A DNA stretch of 64,000 nt from Callorhinchus milii (Eukaryota). The notes beneath the pieces are model-generated. The model did not search any database, was not told the DNA's origin, and saw nothing but the letters and a program-made list of their open reading frames with translations. The stretch is taken from contig NW_024704742.1 of assembly GCF_018977255.1 (NCBI RefSeq), positions 102,984,001 to 103,048,000 on the forward strand, in the 5' to 3' direction. How positions within the stretch are numbered: the first letter of the stretch is position 1; each line of letters begins with the position of its first letter. Shown piece by piece: positions 60,851-64,000 of this stretch. A program made the translations under genes and the position numbers.

Positions 60851-62572
60851 GTTACTGTGATATCAGAGGCATGTAACAATGGCAAATGAAGATCAGACCA
60901 ACCCTGTCCTCTCCAGCAACCTGTAAACTGTCTTCCAATTTGAGACCTTTTCCTGAATTACTGCACAATCTTAAATGTAGTCCTTATAGTGAGGACAATG
61001 TGGGATTTCATTCAGCTGTTCCTATGGATATAGCAGTGCATGCTTGTTGATCAGGAGCAAGGCAAGAACTGTAGCTAAGATTTTATTTCCATGTAGCCCA
61101 ATAACACATTTCCCAATGTAGTGGCCCTGCTTCCTTCCTAAAGTGCTAACTGAGATTAGGAATCAAATCTTGCACTTTCCTTGTCTGTTGTGGCTCAGTA
61201 TCATACTAAACTACATTTACATTTATCTCCTGAGCAATTGAGGAGACTAACAGCTGATCATCATATTTGTTCATGGTGTTTGCTCTGCAGAGTTTTTAAT
61301 GCAAATGTGCAAGGTCAGCCACTGACTTCAGTTGTCAATGATCGGAGTTGGCATCTATTCAAATGGACACACCTGCTCTGTTGCAACAGAACAAGCAGCT
61401 GTCCAACCATTGTTACTGGATTATCCAATTGCTCTGCAAAAGTCTCCCCAACACCTCCCCGCTGTAACTGTGTTATTATCAGGTTTAAAGGCAGCATTGA
61501 TTTTATTGTTGATGGCCTGCATACTGGTAGAATACTGGACACTTTGCTTAAAGGGGTGGTGATGTATAATTTTTTTTTGGGGTGGGACAGGGTGGGGGGG
61601 GAGAACAATAGAAGTTGCAAATTTCACAACTGAATAAAATGTCTATTTTTAACACCGTGAACCTGTATCATGCACTGAAGCAGTGTGTCAATTTTTACTC
61701 TGCTAATTTGTTAAGAGTCAAATGATTTCCTAAGAGTTAATCCTTCATGGAAAAGCCCTCCTAGTGAATGGCAGGCGATTATTCGACCACAGATAGGATT
61801 GTAGCCATGTCCAATCTTACTCTATCTTGACATTTCCACACAGCCATTCTCCACTGCATTTCTATCAGGACCACCTTAGCCTTCTTGATATCTCAGACCT
61901 TGAATATTTGGGCATAGAGGAGCTTCATGATGTGTGTCAATCAATATCACACTGAACAATGCAAGAAGAGATTTTTAAAAATTTAATACACAGTTTTAAA
62001 GTTTTACTAAAGTCTCTGGCCATTTGTACATAAAACGACAAACACTACTTGCTTCATGTCCAACACTCTGTCCGCCCCATTCTTTAGTTTTAAAGAAAAT
62101 CCCCCAAAATTAACTGATCGATCGAAACAAACAGATTTTTCTTTATAAAAATAATAATCTTTGCATTTGCTATGGTGCCTTCCAAGTCAGGAAGACATTA
62201 CAGAACACTTCACAGGATTTCCTGTGAAGTATAGTGACTGTATTTTGTAAAATGTAGACAGGTTTATCTTGAAAACATGGTACTGATGGTGACATTCAAT
62301 TAACATTTCTTTAATTGGTTATTATTGGCATTAATATTTCTGTCAGAAAGCAATGGGTTCAGTACTTCAACAATTGCTGCTCCTACTGCAAGATACGCTT
62401 CACACACTACACCACACTCAGAGACCAGCATAGCAAGACCACCATACACAACTGTGCTGCGGACATCGAGCTGGCGGAGATTAATGTTGTCGTTCCCTAG
62501 AGAGTAGGTGGGTGAGTGTGGAGAACATTGAGGAAGGCAACACGCAAGGAAAATTCCTCCATTTCCTGATCT

Positions 62573-62936
62573 GTGGAGTCCCATAGCATAGTGGTTTCCA
62601 CGCTCGCCTCACAAGTGAGAGGACCTGGATTCGATTCCTGGCCAGGGTGAAACCTAGGCAAGTTTCCTTACTCCACACACTCTGTTTACTTAGCAGTAAG
62701 TAGGAACCTGGTTGTTAGTCAATTGGCGGACCACTTTTCCTCCAAAAATTAAGTAAATAATAATAATTTGGTCACTCAATCCATAAATGTTTGTGGGATG
62801 CTGTGTGCAGTTTGCTGCTGCGTTTCGCCTACGAAATACATGGTCAATTCACTTTACAGTATATTGTGTGAAATGCTTTGAGATGTCTTGAAGACGTGTT
62901 AAGGCACCATATAAAATGCAAGGTTTATTAATATTA
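62573..62936 (+). mobile_element. Full-length tRNA(Val)-like-headed SINE, older subfamily
   Basis: tagtggtttccacgctcgcctcacaagtgag head; extra middle segment; Deu-like core; L2 tail. Confidence 0.85.
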
Positions 62937-63249
62937 AGTCCTGTAGCTCAGTGGTTAGAGCACTCGCTTTGCAAGCGAGAGACCTGAGTTCAATTCCAGG
63001 CAGGACGAAACCTTGGGCAAGTTTCCCTACTCCACACACCTAATAATAATCCCTCAAAAAACCCAAAACAATAATAGTCATTTTCAATCTACGACTGTTT
63101 GTGGGACATTGCTGTGCGCAATTGGCTGCCGCGTTCGCCCACAAATATACAGTCAATTCACTTTACAGTGTGTTCTGTGAAGCACTTTGGGACGTCCTCC
63201 CGACATGAAAAGCGCTATATCAAATGGAAGGATTATTATTATTAATAAT
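62937..63249 (+). mobile_element. Full-length tRNA(Ala)-like-headed SINE, young subfamily, abutting the tail of the previous SINE
   Basis: A box tagctcagtgg, anticodon arm ctcgc-tttgcaa-gcgag, B box gagttcaattcc, ccttgggcaagt, Deu-like core, L2 tail. Confidence 0.92.
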
Positions 63250-64000
63250 CACAATTTCTATTTAATAGGCCTTTCATGTTGGGAAGATATCTCAAAGCAC
63301 TTCACACAGCTGAATGGGTGATCTGAGCTCGCTGGGGATAGGTGACCAAACGCACAGTGAAAAAGATACATCTAAAGGCAGACTTTGAAGGTGGACAGAG
63401 TGGGTGTGTGGTTTAAGGACTCCAGGATGGAGTTCAGTAGAGTTGGGGTAGGGTGGCTGAAAAACAGGTGTGGGGCAGATAGAGTGTTGGACATGAAGCT
63501 GTGCTTGTTTCCTGTACAAAATGGCTAGATGCTTTAGCAACTGATCAAAGGGGTGAATTAGTCACTGGGATGATCAGAATTTGGTATAAGTGCAAAAAGC
63601 CATCAATCTCTCAAGTTCAGTTAGTCTACTTTGAATCAGACAAATACCAGACTCCGAGAATGTCATCCCAATGTCTGTGTTGCTGTCTAAACCTGTCGAG
63701 ATCTGCCTTTTAGTGAAGGTCTGGAAGTTGGATGGTTTAGATCTGTCTGCCTGCTGGTCCTTTTCTTTGTTTTTTGTAAATATAAATGCACATTCTGAAA
63801 AATGGTAAAATGTAAAGAACAGTGTACTGAATTCAATAGCTTTTGGAGTGTTTTGTTGTATTTTTAAGAAAAAGTGCTTTTCCTTTGAAACCTTTTCTGT
63901 TTACAGTATAATACAATTGACATTTATATAGTGCCTTTCATATCGGGTGGATATTTTGAGGTGCATGACACTGCTAGCTGGGCACTTGAACTATTGGCAG

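Noticed and set aside
62937..63010. tRNA-Ala/Val-like cloverleafs here and at ~19760-19827, ~31080-31153 and 54181-54260
   Set aside because: SINE heads: imperfect stems, each continuing into a SINE body and tail.

Overview
Repeat-rich vertebrate genomic DNA. The repeat families (LINE-2, CR1, Penelope tail, tRNA/Deu-domain SINEs with L2 tails) suggest a cartilaginous fish such as elephant shark or chimaera; this is inference. Three protein-coding genes lie on the + strand in the same order and relative orientation as human 5q22: the last exon of TMED7 (377-613), a single-coding-exon TICAM2/TRAM (11324-11968), and FEM1C (coding exons 25929-26472 and 46714-48023, 617 aa) with a CpG-island promoter and a ~0.9 kb polypurine leader region. 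Most other long ORFs in the track are decayed L2/CR1 sequence or low-complexity artefacts. The main finding is that the TICAM2 ORF is intact, with a myristoylation motif and a polyA signal, but carries an in-frame deletion of ~27 aa that removes the TIR betaB/BB-loop/alphaB region. A perfect 10-bp-arm palindrome sits at the deletion junction, and the TRIF- and TRAF6-contact motifs are also altered, so this is a candidate decoy or decaying TLR4 adaptor. Other points of interest: an inverted L2 pair in the TMED7 3' region, a local duplication of the region upstream of TICAM2, pogo-like MITEs, a Helitron-like element, a tRNA-Val to tRNA-Ala series of SINE heads, and nested insertions. Repeat boundaries were judged by eye and are approximate. 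Comparisons to human proteins are from memory.
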